DNA of 58,867 nucleotides from a virus, in IMG/VR virus record IMGVR_UViG_3300012933_000180, positions 1 through 58,867 of that record. One strand, 5' to 3'. Of this stretch, positions 35,474-44,174 are shown one piece after another. A program made the translations under genes and the position numbers. The notes beneath the pieces were generated by a model, which ran no database searches, was not told the origin of the DNA, and was given only the letters and a program-made list of their open reading frames with translations. Numbering within the stretch: position 1 is the stretch's first letter; the number at the start of each line of letters is the position of its first letter.

Positions 35474-36210
35474 AGAGTGAAATACAACCCCAGAATCTCG
35501 AGCAGCCCCATCGTCACTGCCACTACGTACACCAGTTTGGCTGTTAGGATTTCTTTGCGGTGCTCGTGTTGCCATGCTGTATCTCGCTCTTTCTTGCGTT
35601 TCAACTCACGCGCAACTTCCTGTTCTTCCAAAATCTCGTCGTACTTCTCAAGGAACTCTTGGTACATTGCACCAAGGCCTAGCTCCTGCGGAGTACCGTA
35701 AATCATAGCCTGCTTAAGTTGCCGGTTTAGCTCTTTCATTTGCCACTGCATCTCAATACGATCAATGGCACTGTCCGCAACTTTCTCGGTTGTTAGGGCT
35801 TCTTCTTCGAGTTCCCGGCAGTGCGCTTTGAGGTGCCTGATGGCTTCGAAGTAGACTTTGAGGTTTTCGCAGATTTCGTGGACGGCGCGGGCTTGGAACT
35901 CTTCGTAGCTGAGTTCTGGCTCGGGCTCCGCTTTTGACTTTTTGGCTGCGGGCTTGGCTGGCTCTTTGGCTGGAGCGGCGGCTGCGGCAACGGGCTTAAT
36001 GGTTGGCTTAGGGGCTGCGCCGAAGAGGCCTTGTATCCAGCCCCAGATTCCGACGACTTCTCCATAGATTGCTTTGGCGTCGGCGATTCCACCTTCGACT
36101 TGCTTCTTAAACTTGCCAATTTCAGCCTTGCCTTCTGAAAGCATTTGGCAGCCAGCTCTGATAGCTGAGACCGCACTTTGAGCCATAAGGAGGAGGCTGA
36201 TGGGGTCCAC
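35470..36210 (-). CDS. Tail-anchored membrane protein with coiled coil (246 aa)
   Basis: Amphipathic N-terminus, Ala/Pro/Lys linker, coiled coil, C-terminal TM LVYVVAVTMGLLEILGLYF. Confidence 0.65.
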   Translation of the reverse strand: MDPISLLLMAQSAVSAIRAGCQMLSEGKAEIGKFKKQVEGGIADAKAIYGEVVGIWGWIQGLFGAAPKPTIKPVAAAAAPAKEPAKPAAKKSKAEPEPELSYEEFQARAVHEICENLKVYFEAIRHLKAHCRELEEEALTTEKVADSAIDRIEMQWQMKELNRQLKQAMIYGTPQELGLGAMYQEFLEKYDEILEEQEVARELKRKKERDTAWQHEHRKEILTAKLVYVVAVTMGLLEILGLYFTL

Positions 36211-36211
36211 A

Positions 36212-36433
36212 TCACTTGTCTTGCTTTGCGTCTAGCTTATCGAAAATTTGCTTCAGCATCTCTTTGATGTCGCGCATGTCTGAGCGGTAGTCATCTTTCT
36301 GAACGTAGTCATGAGGCAGCGCTCGCAACTCGTCTTCCAGTCTCTGGATAGTTCGCGTCAGGTTGTTGATGACGTACACGGCCAAAAAGCCAGCAACGCT
36401 GACCACCAAATTAAAGAGCTGCTGGTTGTCCAT
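36212..36433 (-). CDS. Single-TM protein, holin-like (73 aa)
   Basis: N-terminal TM LFNLVVSVAGFLAVYVINNL followed by a charged coiled coil. Size and shape resemble class III holins. Confidence 0.55.
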   Translation of the reverse strand: MDNQQLFNLVVSVAGFLAVYVINNLTRTIQRLEDELRALPHDYVQKDDYRSDMRDIKEMLKQIFDKLDAKQDK

Positions 36434-36435
36434 GG

Positions 36436-36795
36436 TTACTTGAGGTTCTTGAGTTTGTACAAAGTGCTCAGGTACTCGGCGACGGCTTCGTCGATCAGAT
36501 TCTGAATGGCGGTCTCGGACTTATCGACGGCGGTGTAGCGCATTTTCTCTAGCATGGCCAGATGCTTTTCCAGCACAGCGACCGGCTCACCACTCACATC
36601 CACGTCCAACATTGGAATTTTGTCAATGATGCCGTGACGCCCTTGGTAGGCTTCAGCAATAGAGTCGGCGATGCCTACGATGTCTTCGTAGAAGGAGCCC
36701 AAGGCCATGTGCTGTGAGTAACTCGTAGAGCGTAGGTGTGCGCGATGCGCATACTCTCGACTTAAAAACAGCAAGGCAATTAAACGTCCGATCAT
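36436..36795 (-). CDS. Small four-helix-bundle protein, Dps/ferritin-like pattern (119 aa)
   Basis: REYAHRAHLRSTSYSQHMALGSFYEDIVGIADSIAEAYQGRHG resembles the Dps H...H...FY...D..AE helix pair. Weak, by eye. Confidence 0.5.
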   Translation of the reverse strand: MIGRLIALLFLSREYAHRAHLRSTSYSQHMALGSFYEDIVGIADSIAEAYQGRHGIIDKIPMLDVDVSGEPVAVLEKHLAMLEKMRYTAVDKSETAIQNLIDEAVAEYLSTLYKLKNLK

Positions 36796-36820
36796 GTTGG
36801 GCTCCTAGTATGCGCAGATT

Positions 36821-37186
36821 TTACTCTGCGGCAGGTACTTCAGTCCACGACGTTGTGGCTTCGTCCCAAGTGTACATCTTTCCGTCCGTTGGGTACGCTG
36901 TTGGGGCTTCCCAGTTGCAGGTAGTTTCGTTCAGAGTCCAGCTTGCAAATGGTTTTGGCGGGATGAACGCGTCACGCGTACTATCATACGTGTAGCCAGT
37001 GCCAGCGTAATTTTTACGCATCGTGGCGTTGTAGCTTGTCTGTACCCACGTACCACCAAACAGATTGCGGCAGAACTCAGCGCCAACTGATTCTGTTTCT
37101 ACGCCATCAAGTAGGCAGTCATTGTCGTGCACCACGATAACGCGGAGCACTGTGTTGTTCAAACCGATTTCAGCAAAGTGTGCCAT
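36821..37186 (-). CDS. Hypothetical protein (121 aa from ATG 37186)
   Basis: MAHFAEIGLNNTVLRVIVV... GAGG RBS upstream of this Met. The track ORF starts 5 codons earlier. Confidence 0.6.
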   Translation of the reverse strand: MAHFAEIGLNNTVLRVIVVHDNDCLLDGVETESVGAEFCRNLFGGTWVQTSYNATMRKNYAGTGYTYDSTRDAFIPPKPFASWTLNETTCNWEAPTAYPTDGKMYTWDEATTSWTEVPAAE

Positions 37187-37207
37187 GTTGTTTCCTCTCA
37201 AAATTTG

Positions 37208-38608
37208 TTACATCTGATAGCGAATTACGACCAGCCCTGACCCGCCAGCACCGCCCGCACCAGCATCATAAGACCCACCACCACCGCCACTACCAGTATT
37301 TACTGTTGCGTCACTACCCGCAGAAGTTGAAGTGGTAGAGTGACCTGCTCCGCCGCCACCCGAGCCTCCAGTTCCATCTGTAGTTCCGTTAGACCAGTTG
37401 TACGCAGCACCGCCGCCGCCGCCCGCGCGTGTGACAGCAGTTCCAGTAATAGACGACGACAGACCACTGCCGCCACTACCGGCGCGTGTATTTGCCACAG
37501 CATCACTTCCAGCAGACCCTGCACCGCCGCCGCCGCCAGCAACATAACCTTGACGACCAAGGCCAATGCCGCCAGCGTGCCCTTGGCCAGATGTACCTGC
37601 GCCTCCGGAATAGCCTGTACTGGTCTCTGATGATCCACCGCCGCCGCCAGAACCGCCTGAAGTGCCTGTAGAGTAAGTTGTATGGGAGCGATAACTACCG
37701 CCCGTGCCGCCACCTACCGAAACAATGCTGTTAAAGGATGAGTTAGTACCATTGACGCCAACAGGGCTAGACACGGGATTTCCCGTACCGCCCGCTCCTC
37801 CAGCGCCGACTACTACAGCGTAGGTACCAGCAGTCAAACTTGTAATAGCCGCTTCCGCAGATGAGTTACCTCCAGAAGTTTCACCCGGAACAGAGCAACG
37901 ATATCCGCCAGCTCCGCCGCCGCCGCCAAAAGCAGCAGAGCCGCCAGCTCCTCCAGCGATAATCAAATACTGCACAGCCGATAACGTAGCGCCCGTAGGT
38001 ACTGTAAAGTTGCCGGAGCCAGTGAATGTATGGATAAAGAAGTTGCCGGACGTTGTAACAGTTCCACCTGTTGGTAGGCCAACCGACGTACGCGTATATT
38101 GATTAGACTTAGCACCATCCGAATTCGTTACTTGAATAGATACATCCGTACCCGAAGCAAGCGCATAAATGGCAGACGGCACAGCTACCGATATAGTTTC
38201 ACCGCTGTTAGTTGGAGTTATATCGGAAACAGTTGCGGTAGTGCTTCCAGCGGTAAACGTAACTGAGGCGGCGCTTCCGCCGTAGTTGGTTCCAGTTAGA
38301 GTTAGCGTTGTCGCTATGGACGATATGATACTTCCCGATACAGAAGTAATTACTGGTATAAGGGCGGCAACTTTTACCCACCCGCTTGTAGTGTAATTTT
38401 CAAGTGCGGTGATTGTGGTGTTGTACCGCAACATGCCGACGGTGGGGGACGTAGGGCGCTGCTCAGTTGTACCTGCAGGCACTCCAAAAGAACCTGTTGA
38501 TGTATTGGCAGCGTCAGACACAGCCGCAGGGGTTACGTCAGGTGTAGGGATCGTGCCATCGGTCGCGACGCTTTGCGCGAACTTGGAAAGGTTACGAGAA
38601 AGACTCAT
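37208..38608 (-). CDS. Glycine-rich fibre protein, paralogue 3 (466 aa)
   Basis: Fibre-type N-terminus (GTTEQRPTSPTVGMLRYNT...WVKV), an IPT-like domain, then a Gly-rich domain VQYLIIAGGAGG...GGSGLVVIRYQM. Confidence 0.75.
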   Translation of the reverse strand: MSLSRNLSKFAQSVATDGTIPTPDVTPAAVSDAANTSTGSFGVPAGTTEQRPTSPTVGMLRYNTTITALENYTTSGWVKVAALIPVITSVSGSIISSIATTLTLTGTNYGGSAASVTFTAGSTTATVSDITPTNSGETISVAVPSAIYALASGTDVSIQVTNSDGAKSNQYTRTSVGLPTGGTVTTSGNFFIHTFTGSGNFTVPTGATLSAVQYLIIAGGAGGSAAFGGGGGAGGYRCSVPGETSGGNSSAEAAITSLTAGTYAVVVGAGGAGGTGNPVSSPVGVNGTNSSFNSIVSVGGGTGGSYRSHTTYSTGTSGGSGGGGGSSETSTGYSGGAGTSGQGHAGGIGLGRQGYVAGGGGGAGSAGSDAVANTRAGSGGSGLSSSITGTAVTRAGGGGGAAYNWSNGTTDGTGGSGGGGAGHSTTSTSAGSDATVNTGSGGGGGSYDAGAGGAGGSGLVVIRYQM

Positions 38609-38617
38609 TTGATTTCC

Positions 38618-39472
38618 TTAGAACGTGATGGAGCCAGAAGACGTCCATTTGTAGACGCGGTAGCCGCCAGCGACTGTAATTGTTGGGGAACCTGTCGTGG
38701 CTGTAGCTGCAGAATAAGCATCGGAGTACCGAATAATAACAACCCCTGATCCGCCAGCGCCGCCAGCGTTGCCGATGATTGAATCGTAACCACCGCCATC
38801 ACCACCTGTACCAGAGTTTGCAGCGCCGCTTTGAATGTTGTCCAGATAATCTCTTACACCTCGACCACCAGCAGCGTAAGTAACTGAAGACCCGCTAATA
38901 GAATTTGTAGTGCCCGCACCGCCAGCAACGTAATCTCCGGAGATTCCAGTGGCACCTACTCCACTAGAGCCGCCTCCGCCTCCGCCAGTATAAAGGGTGT
39001 TTCCGCCGCCTGTTCCACCAGCATATCCTTCAACTGGTGAATAGCTTCCAGAGTTACCAGAGCCACCTGCTTTTGCTCCGCTATAACCGCCACCGCCACC
39101 GCCAGAGCCGCCAGAAGCGCCAGTACCTCCGCTATATCCACCGCCACCTCCACCGCCAGTAGCTGTAATAGTTGAAAAAACAGAGTTACTGCCGTTAGGA
39201 GCGGGGGTTGAGGTATATGATGAACTACTAGCGCCAGCGCCACCAGCGCCGACTGTCACCGTGTAGGCCGTTCCAGTGGAAATAGAAAAACCTGTTGCGG
39301 TTCTGTATCCGCCAGCACCGCCGCCGCCGCCAACGTCCCAACCGCCGCCGCCGCCGCCCGCGACAACAAGATACTCAACCGCAGTAGGAGGTATAACTAT
39401 AATCGGCCAATTACCGGCCCCTTTAGCCTGCCCCTGTTGTGTCAGCGTAAAAATTCCTGAGTATTGAGCCAT
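38618..39472 (-). CDS. Glycine-rich protein, paralogue 2 (284 aa)
   Basis: VEYLVVAGGGGGG...GGAGGSGVVIIRY...GSPTITVAGGYRVYKWTSSGSITF. Same length and layout as 39482..40336. Confidence 0.75.
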   Translation of the reverse strand: MAQYSGIFTLTQQGQAKGAGNWPIIVIPPTAVEYLVVAGGGGGGWDVGGGGGAGGYRTATGFSISTGTAYTVTVGAGGAGASSSSYTSTPAPNGSNSVFSTITATGGGGGGGYSGGTGASGGSGGGGGGYSGAKAGGSGNSGSYSPVEGYAGGTGGGNTLYTGGGGGGSSGVGATGISGDYVAGGAGTTNSISGSSVTYAAGGRGVRDYLDNIQSGAANSGTGGDGGGYDSIIGNAGGAGGSGVVIIRYSDAYSAATATTGSPTITVAGGYRVYKWTSSGSITF

Positions 39473-39481
39473 TTTTTATCC

Positions 39482-40336
39482 TCAGAATGTGATCGTACCT
39501 GAAGCGGTAAATTTGTAGATGTTATAAGAACCATCGGTTGTAATTGTGGGAGAGCCTGTTGTTGCTGCTGCTGATGCAAGCGTTCTAATAACTACAACCC
39601 CAGAACCACCAGTCCCACCATGACCAGTAGAACCAGAAAGTAAACCGCCACCGCCGCCGCCGCCGCCTAAATTGGCAGTACCGTTTGTCGCATTTGCCGT
39701 ACTCCCAGAACCTGCGCCGCCGCCGCCAGTACCACCAGCACCGGGGGTCCCACTTTCTGTACCGCCACCGCCACCGCCTGCGTAATTTACGCTAATTCCA
39801 GTAATTGAAGATGAAGCACCCGCACCACCAACGCCGCAAGTAGTAGTACCGCTTGAGCCAGTAGTACCCGCAGAGGTTTTACCACCGCCGCCGCCGCCGT
39901 AACCTTGACCGGCAGTAGAGCCGCCACCGCCATCGTTACCTTGACCCGCTGTGCCACTTCCACCAACAGAAACATTATAATTTTTGCCGCCGCCTGAGCC
40001 GCCATTACCACCGCCACCGCCTAAAGCGCCTCCACTTCCCCCACCAAGCGCAGTTATAGAACCAAAAACAGAATCTCCGCCATTAGTGCCGCCAACTCCA
40101 CTACCAGAACCGTAAGTTCCACCAGCGCCAACAGTTACTGTTATTGGAGAACCAGACGTTACCGAATAACTATTCAATGACAACATGCCGCCCGCGCCAC
40201 CGCCGCCGCCATAGTTTCCGCCGCCTCCGCCTCCTCCAGCAACTACTAGATAGTCAACCGAAACGCTAGGAGGTGTTTGATCTGCTAAAGGATCAAACGT
40301 AGCAGTGACGAATCCGCCTTTGTAACGATGTGACAT
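39482..40336 (-). CDS. Glycine-rich protein, paralogue 1 (284 aa)
   Basis: VDYLVVAGGGGGGG...GGTGGSGVVVIR...GSPTITTDGSYNIYKFTASGTITF. Confidence 0.75.
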   Translation of the reverse strand: MSHRYKGGFVTATFDPLADQTPPSVSVDYLVVAGGGGGGGNYGGGGGAGGMLSLNSYSVTSGSPITVTVGAGGTYGSGSGVGGTNGGDSVFGSITALGGGSGGALGGGGGNGGSGGGKNYNVSVGGSGTAGQGNDGGGGSTAGQGYGGGGGGKTSAGTTGSSGTTTCGVGGAGASSSITGISVNYAGGGGGGTESGTPGAGGTGGGGAGSGSTANATNGTANLGGGGGGGGLLSGSTGHGGTGGSGVVVIRTLASAAATTGSPTITTDGSYNIYKFTASGTITF

Positions 40337-40345
40337 GGCGGCTCC

Positions 40346-40720
40346 TTAAGAGATTTCCTCGTAGCTGACGGTGTAGGTGACCTTGCTGCCCGTGCTGCTT
40401 GTCACTACGATGGATTTGTTTTCTTCGAGGTAGAACGCCGTGTTCTTGTCGCTTGCCACGATGGAAGCGTCAGATGGGATGTCCACCGTAGAGGCAATGG
40501 GGTAGGAAGTACCAGAACCGTCTGCCGCAGTGTTGATCGCAATCGTAGCCGCATAGGTAGACGAGCCGTCTATGTTAGCCGCAATAATCATGTTGACTTT
40601 GAGCACCTTACCGCTTGAGGCAGCGTTGGCCAACAGCACAGTTGCACTGGTGTTTGACGGGGTCGCGTAGGCTGTCTTGCCTGTTATGGTCGCTACAGCG
40701 ACGATGTTTGGTGCAGCCAT
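40346..40720 (-). CDS. Small beta-rich protein, paralogue of 43839..44165 (124 aa)
   Basis: SATVLLANAASSGKVLKV...IPSDASIV...FYLEENKSIVV...VSYEEIS aligns with the 108-aa protein. Confidence 0.6.
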   Translation of the reverse strand: MAAPNIVAVATITGKTAYATPSNTSATVLLANAASSGKVLKVNMIIAANIDGSSTYAATIAINTAADGSGTSYPIASTVDIPSDASIVASDKNTAFYLEENKSIVVTSSTGSKVTYTVSYEEIS

Positions 40721-40721
40721 T

Positions 40722-41132
40722 TCAGCCTCCGAAGATCATTGACATGGCGATTGCCTTGCCTGTTGTGAATGGGGTTGGCGTGCCCGTCAAGTCAGAATAT
40801 GCGCCAGACGTAGCCACATCCGCCAGAGACGCCGAGGTTGGGTACTTGGCATCAGCTTCTGCCTTAGTGTACCCGTCGCTCAAGCCGCGAGGCAGGTAAG
40901 CAACAGTCTCTACGACGTCCCCGCTGGCCGCGCCAGAGCCAAGAACAACGGTTGTCCCGTTTGTTGCCGTGAAGTCAGTAGTTGCGACAAGTTTCACACC
41001 GTTCAAGAATACATCAACCAAACCCAGCGCGTACCCAGATGCCGGAGTAAACGTAGTCTGCGAAGACGTAGCCGTGAACGTTGTCGTGATACGTTGCGAC
41101 GAGACGCCGGGGGTGTTACCTAGATATGACAT
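40722..41132 (-). CDS. Short tail-fibre-like protein (136 aa)
   Basis: FTATSSQTTFTPASGYALGLVDVFLNGVKLVATTDFTATNGTTVVL is a common fibre N-terminal module (from memory). Confidence 0.6.
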   Translation of the reverse strand: MSYLGNTPGVSSQRITTTFTATSSQTTFTPASGYALGLVDVFLNGVKLVATTDFTATNGTTVVLGSGAASGDVVETVAYLPRGLSDGYTKAEADAKYPTSASLADVATSGAYSDLTGTPTPFTTGKAIAMSMIFGG

Positions 41133-41141
41133 GTGTCCCCC

Positions 41142-43829
41142 TTACTTGCCTTTGAACGCCGATGTTGGCGTAGTGATTGTTCGGGCATATCCGTTGGTAA
41201 TGCGTAGGTCGTCTATATAGCCGTTCCACGTTGCCCCGTGAGCGGGGTTGACATAGCCGACGTACATTGGTTCTACGCTCGTAGTCCATACAGCTGTTGT
41301 ACCGGATGCAACGCTGTTCCCGTTTACATACAGTGTGGTGGTGTTGCCGTTTCGTACCGCAGCAATGTAATACCAAGTACCGGTAGTAATAACCCCAGAG
41401 GTGGAAACAATTTCATTTGTTCCGACTTTTCCTATACCAAGTGATCCTGTGCTGTAAACGTAAATCAATGTTTTACTGTCGGAGCTTCCACTATGCGTTC
41501 CGCAAATACCAAACACAGCTGCACCGCTTAAAACGCTTGCGTAAACCCAACACTCAATAGTTACATCCCCTGTAAAAGCAAACTGCGGAGATGCCTTGGC
41601 TACCAAATAATCACCAGTACCGTCAAACTTCAGCGACCCAGTACCGTACTTCTTCACACTTGTAGAAATCTGAGCATCGCCCACAGTCTCCAAGTCGTGC
41701 ATCATCGCACCGTCACGGATAGCGGCATTGGTCATACTATGAAGCAACGACGTATTAGCTACCGCGGTTAGCGGAGCTGTTGGGACAGTAATATTACTGG
41801 TACCTGTATACTGCGCTGCACCTTTAATCACACGGATGTCGGCTACGTACCCGTTCATGTATGTCCCTGCACCTACCCAGGACCCGACAACAGTTGCTGC
41901 CGAATTGGCGTTAAGCGTGGCAATATTGAAAACCAGCACCCCTTGGTAAAAACCGTTGAGCCACATGCGTACGTTAGCACCTGAGCCAGTACCATCACAT
42001 GTAACTGCAAAATGGTTCCAAGCGTTGATTTGGATATTATCTGCGCTGTCCAAAACAGACGCGCTCCCACCAACCATCAGCACTAGACGACATTTATTTG
42101 TGTTTACCGTCCGAACAAACCAGTTGATACCGCTCTCAGCGCTACCTGTACATTGAGAAATTGGATAGTTTGAATCAGAGCCGCTAACAGACGTGTAAAA
42201 CCAACCTTCGACGGTAAACATACTGCTGTTCAGTTGTAGCGCAGAATTGTTGGCGACGCTTAAATAGTCCCCGGTTCCATCAAAATACCCACTACCACCA
42301 ATAGTAGCCGTGCTGTACGCAGACGTCGGCCTAAATGGACTGAAGCGTTGTACGCTTACATGCCCAACCGGTGTGACAGCGTACGCGTTTGTACTGGCGT
42401 CAAAAAAACGATTGCTTTGGCACGTAAGCAGCACAGTTCCACTTACCGCAGTAAGTGGTGTCGTGCTAGGCGCAAAGTTTGCGCTGTATAAAGCAGTTCC
42501 ACTTATAACTCGCACGTTTGATAGGTAGCCGGTATAGTTAGAGTACGTATACGACTGACCTAACGCGAAGCCGTTAGCGTTTGCGCCTCGGTTAGTAAGC
42601 GTTGTGGTGCCTGTTAGAGTTTCAGTAAAACCATTAACAAACAACTTAATAGTATTACTACTAACGGCTACTGCTACGTGATACCAAGTATTGAGCGCCA
42701 GCGTCGTAGACCCTTCCGCATACTTTGAAGCTCCATCAAACCAACGCATACGAAGTTTTCTGGATGAAATAGGTCCAAACCCCATGTAGTTAGTAGCATC
42801 ATTGCCGCCGCCGCAGTTAACCGAGATCATCGCAGGGATGTCATTCGCATCATCTGTAGGTGCTGATGTCATATAAACCCAACCTTCAATCGTAAAGGTT
42901 GTAGTTGTATTAGCAATTAAATAATTAGAACTGTTTGTTAAATAATCACTAGAACCATCAAAGTAATTTGCCCAGTTAGGACCGTAAGGACTGAACGAGC
43001 CTTGGGTTGGGTTACCGGCACGAGTTACTGTAAAGTTGTTGGCTGAGCTGTCCAAGAACGTATTGTTCTGAGCCGCATTAGTACCTTCCCCCTGTAGGAG
43101 CATGGTGACGTAGTGGAACTGCGCGTCTCCAGTGGATACAGTAACGGAAAAGCTGCGGGGTGTTTCTTGGTTTTCCTCGTCTGTTGCATCGACAGAAAAA
43201 CTAAACGTCTGGTCGGTATCAACAGAACCTTCAATTAGGCCTGTGCTAGAAAGTGTAACGCCAGAGGGTAAAGAAGACCCGGAAGACAGTGTATATGTAA
43301 TAGCCGAGTTACTTGTAGCTTCCAGCTGAATTGACAGTGGAACATCTAAAGTACCCAACGAACCAGCAGACGTTGTCCACGCAGGAGTGCCAGAATACGA
43401 TACGCCCATCACTTTGATAGCTGTAGAGCCGTCGGTGTTGATGACGTACAAGTTGTACGTACCCGCAGTCTTGGCTGGCGTGGTAAACGTGATCTCAGTG
43501 CTAGAGACAAAAGACACAGACGGAGCGATCGTGTCGTTCACATACACCGTGGGCGTGTCAACAAAGCCTGAACCCGTAACCGTGATGGTCTGGCCGCCTG
43601 CGGGGTCCGCAGCTAAGTCGTCCCCGGCATAGTCAATGCTCGTGATCTTAACTACGCTCAACGCCCCCCACGACGAGTCTGTACCGTCAGTTGTTAGGTA
43701 CTTTCCTGCGTTGCCGGTCTGTGATGGTACGGCTGCGCCGGGAGCCAGATCAGCAGCGGTGATGCTGCCGTCTAGGATGTTGTCGCCAGTGATGATGCCT
43801 AGCGCGGGTGCGTTGCCGATAACTGCCAT
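41142..43829 (-). CDS. Large tail fibre: IPT + Ig-like + three LamG/concanavalin-like domains (895 aa)
   Basis: IPT: ITSIDYAGDD...GGQTITVTGSGF...ITFTTPAKTAGTYNLYV. Ig-like: LPSGVTLSSTGLIEGS. Three repeats of FT(I/V)E(G/C)W(V/F)Y ... W(Y/N)H(V/F)AV ... (F/L/Y)VNG ... (V/I)R(V/I). Confidence 0.8.
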   Translation of the reverse strand: MAVIGNAPALGIITGDNILDGSITAADLAPGAAVPSQTGNAGKYLTTDGTDSSWGALSVVKITSIDYAGDDLAADPAGGQTITVTGSGFVDTPTVYVNDTIAPSVSFVSSTEITFTTPAKTAGTYNLYVINTDGSTAIKVMGVSYSGTPAWTTSAGSLGTLDVPLSIQLEATSNSAITYTLSSGSSLPSGVTLSSTGLIEGSVDTDQTFSFSVDATDEENQETPRSFSVTVSTGDAQFHYVTMLLQGEGTNAAQNNTFLDSSANNFTVTRAGNPTQGSFSPYGPNWANYFDGSSDYLTNSSNYLIANTTTTFTIEGWVYMTSAPTDDANDIPAMISVNCGGGNDATNYMGFGPISSRKLRMRWFDGASKYAEGSTTLALNTWYHVAVAVSSNTIKLFVNGFTETLTGTTTLTNRGANANGFALGQSYTYSNYTGYLSNVRVISGTALYSANFAPSTTPLTAVSGTVLLTCQSNRFFDASTNAYAVTPVGHVSVQRFSPFRPTSAYSTATIGGSGYFDGTGDYLSVANNSALQLNSSMFTVEGWFYTSVSGSDSNYPISQCTGSAESGINWFVRTVNTNKCRLVLMVGGSASVLDSADNIQINAWNHFAVTCDGTGSGANVRMWLNGFYQGVLVFNIATLNANSAATVVGSWVGAGTYMNGYVADIRVIKGAAQYTGTSNITVPTAPLTAVANTSLLHSMTNAAIRDGAMMHDLETVGDAQISTSVKKYGTGSLKFDGTGDYLVAKASPQFAFTGDVTIECWVYASVLSGAAVFGICGTHSGSSDSKTLIYVYSTGSLGIGKVGTNEIVSTSGVITTGTWYYIAAVRNGNTTTLYVNGNSVASGTTAVWTTSVEPMYVGYVNPAHGATWNGYIDDLRITNGYARTITTPTSAFKGK

Positions 43830-43838
43830 TGTCGTCCC

Positions 43839-44165
43839 TTACACCAGATAGGAGATGATTACATCTGCGGAATTGCTTGCGCTTGAGTACGCTGTGATCG
43901 TGTCACCAGCTTCGAGCACCATCTTTTGGTCACCGCCGATAGCGATCAACGCGCCGCCGGGCAGCACTGTTGCGTCCTTAATTAGAAACGCCGAACTGCC
44001 GCCAGACTTGTTGAGTTTAGCTGAAACTGTGATCGCGGATGCGCTTGAGTTGGCAAGCGAGAATCCAATACACGTGGCTGTTGTGCCGCTGCTAACAGTG
44101 GGGGTTACCGTCGACGGGCTGCCAGACTGTCCGATGTTTGCTGTGACGTATGATTTGAATGCCAT
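43839..44165 (-). CDS. Small beta-rich protein, paralogue of 40346..40720 (108 aa)
   Basis: IGFSLANSSASAITVSAKL...VLPGGALIAIGGDQKMVLEAGDTITAYSS...VIISYLV. Confidence 0.6.
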   Translation of the reverse strand: MAFKSYVTANIGQSGSPSTVTPTVSSGTTATCIGFSLANSSASAITVSAKLNKSGGSSAFLIKDATVLPGGALIAIGGDQKMVLEAGDTITAYSSASNSADVIISYLV

Positions 44166-44174
44166 GATTTTTCC

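Noticed and set aside
37208-40336. Periodic GCC/GGC-rich DNA that at first glance looks like a tandem-repeat or CRISPR-like array
   Set aside because: The periodicity is codon-level poly-Gly coding inside three long ORFs. There is no repeat-spacer regularity, no conserved repeat unit of 20 nt or more, and no cas genes.
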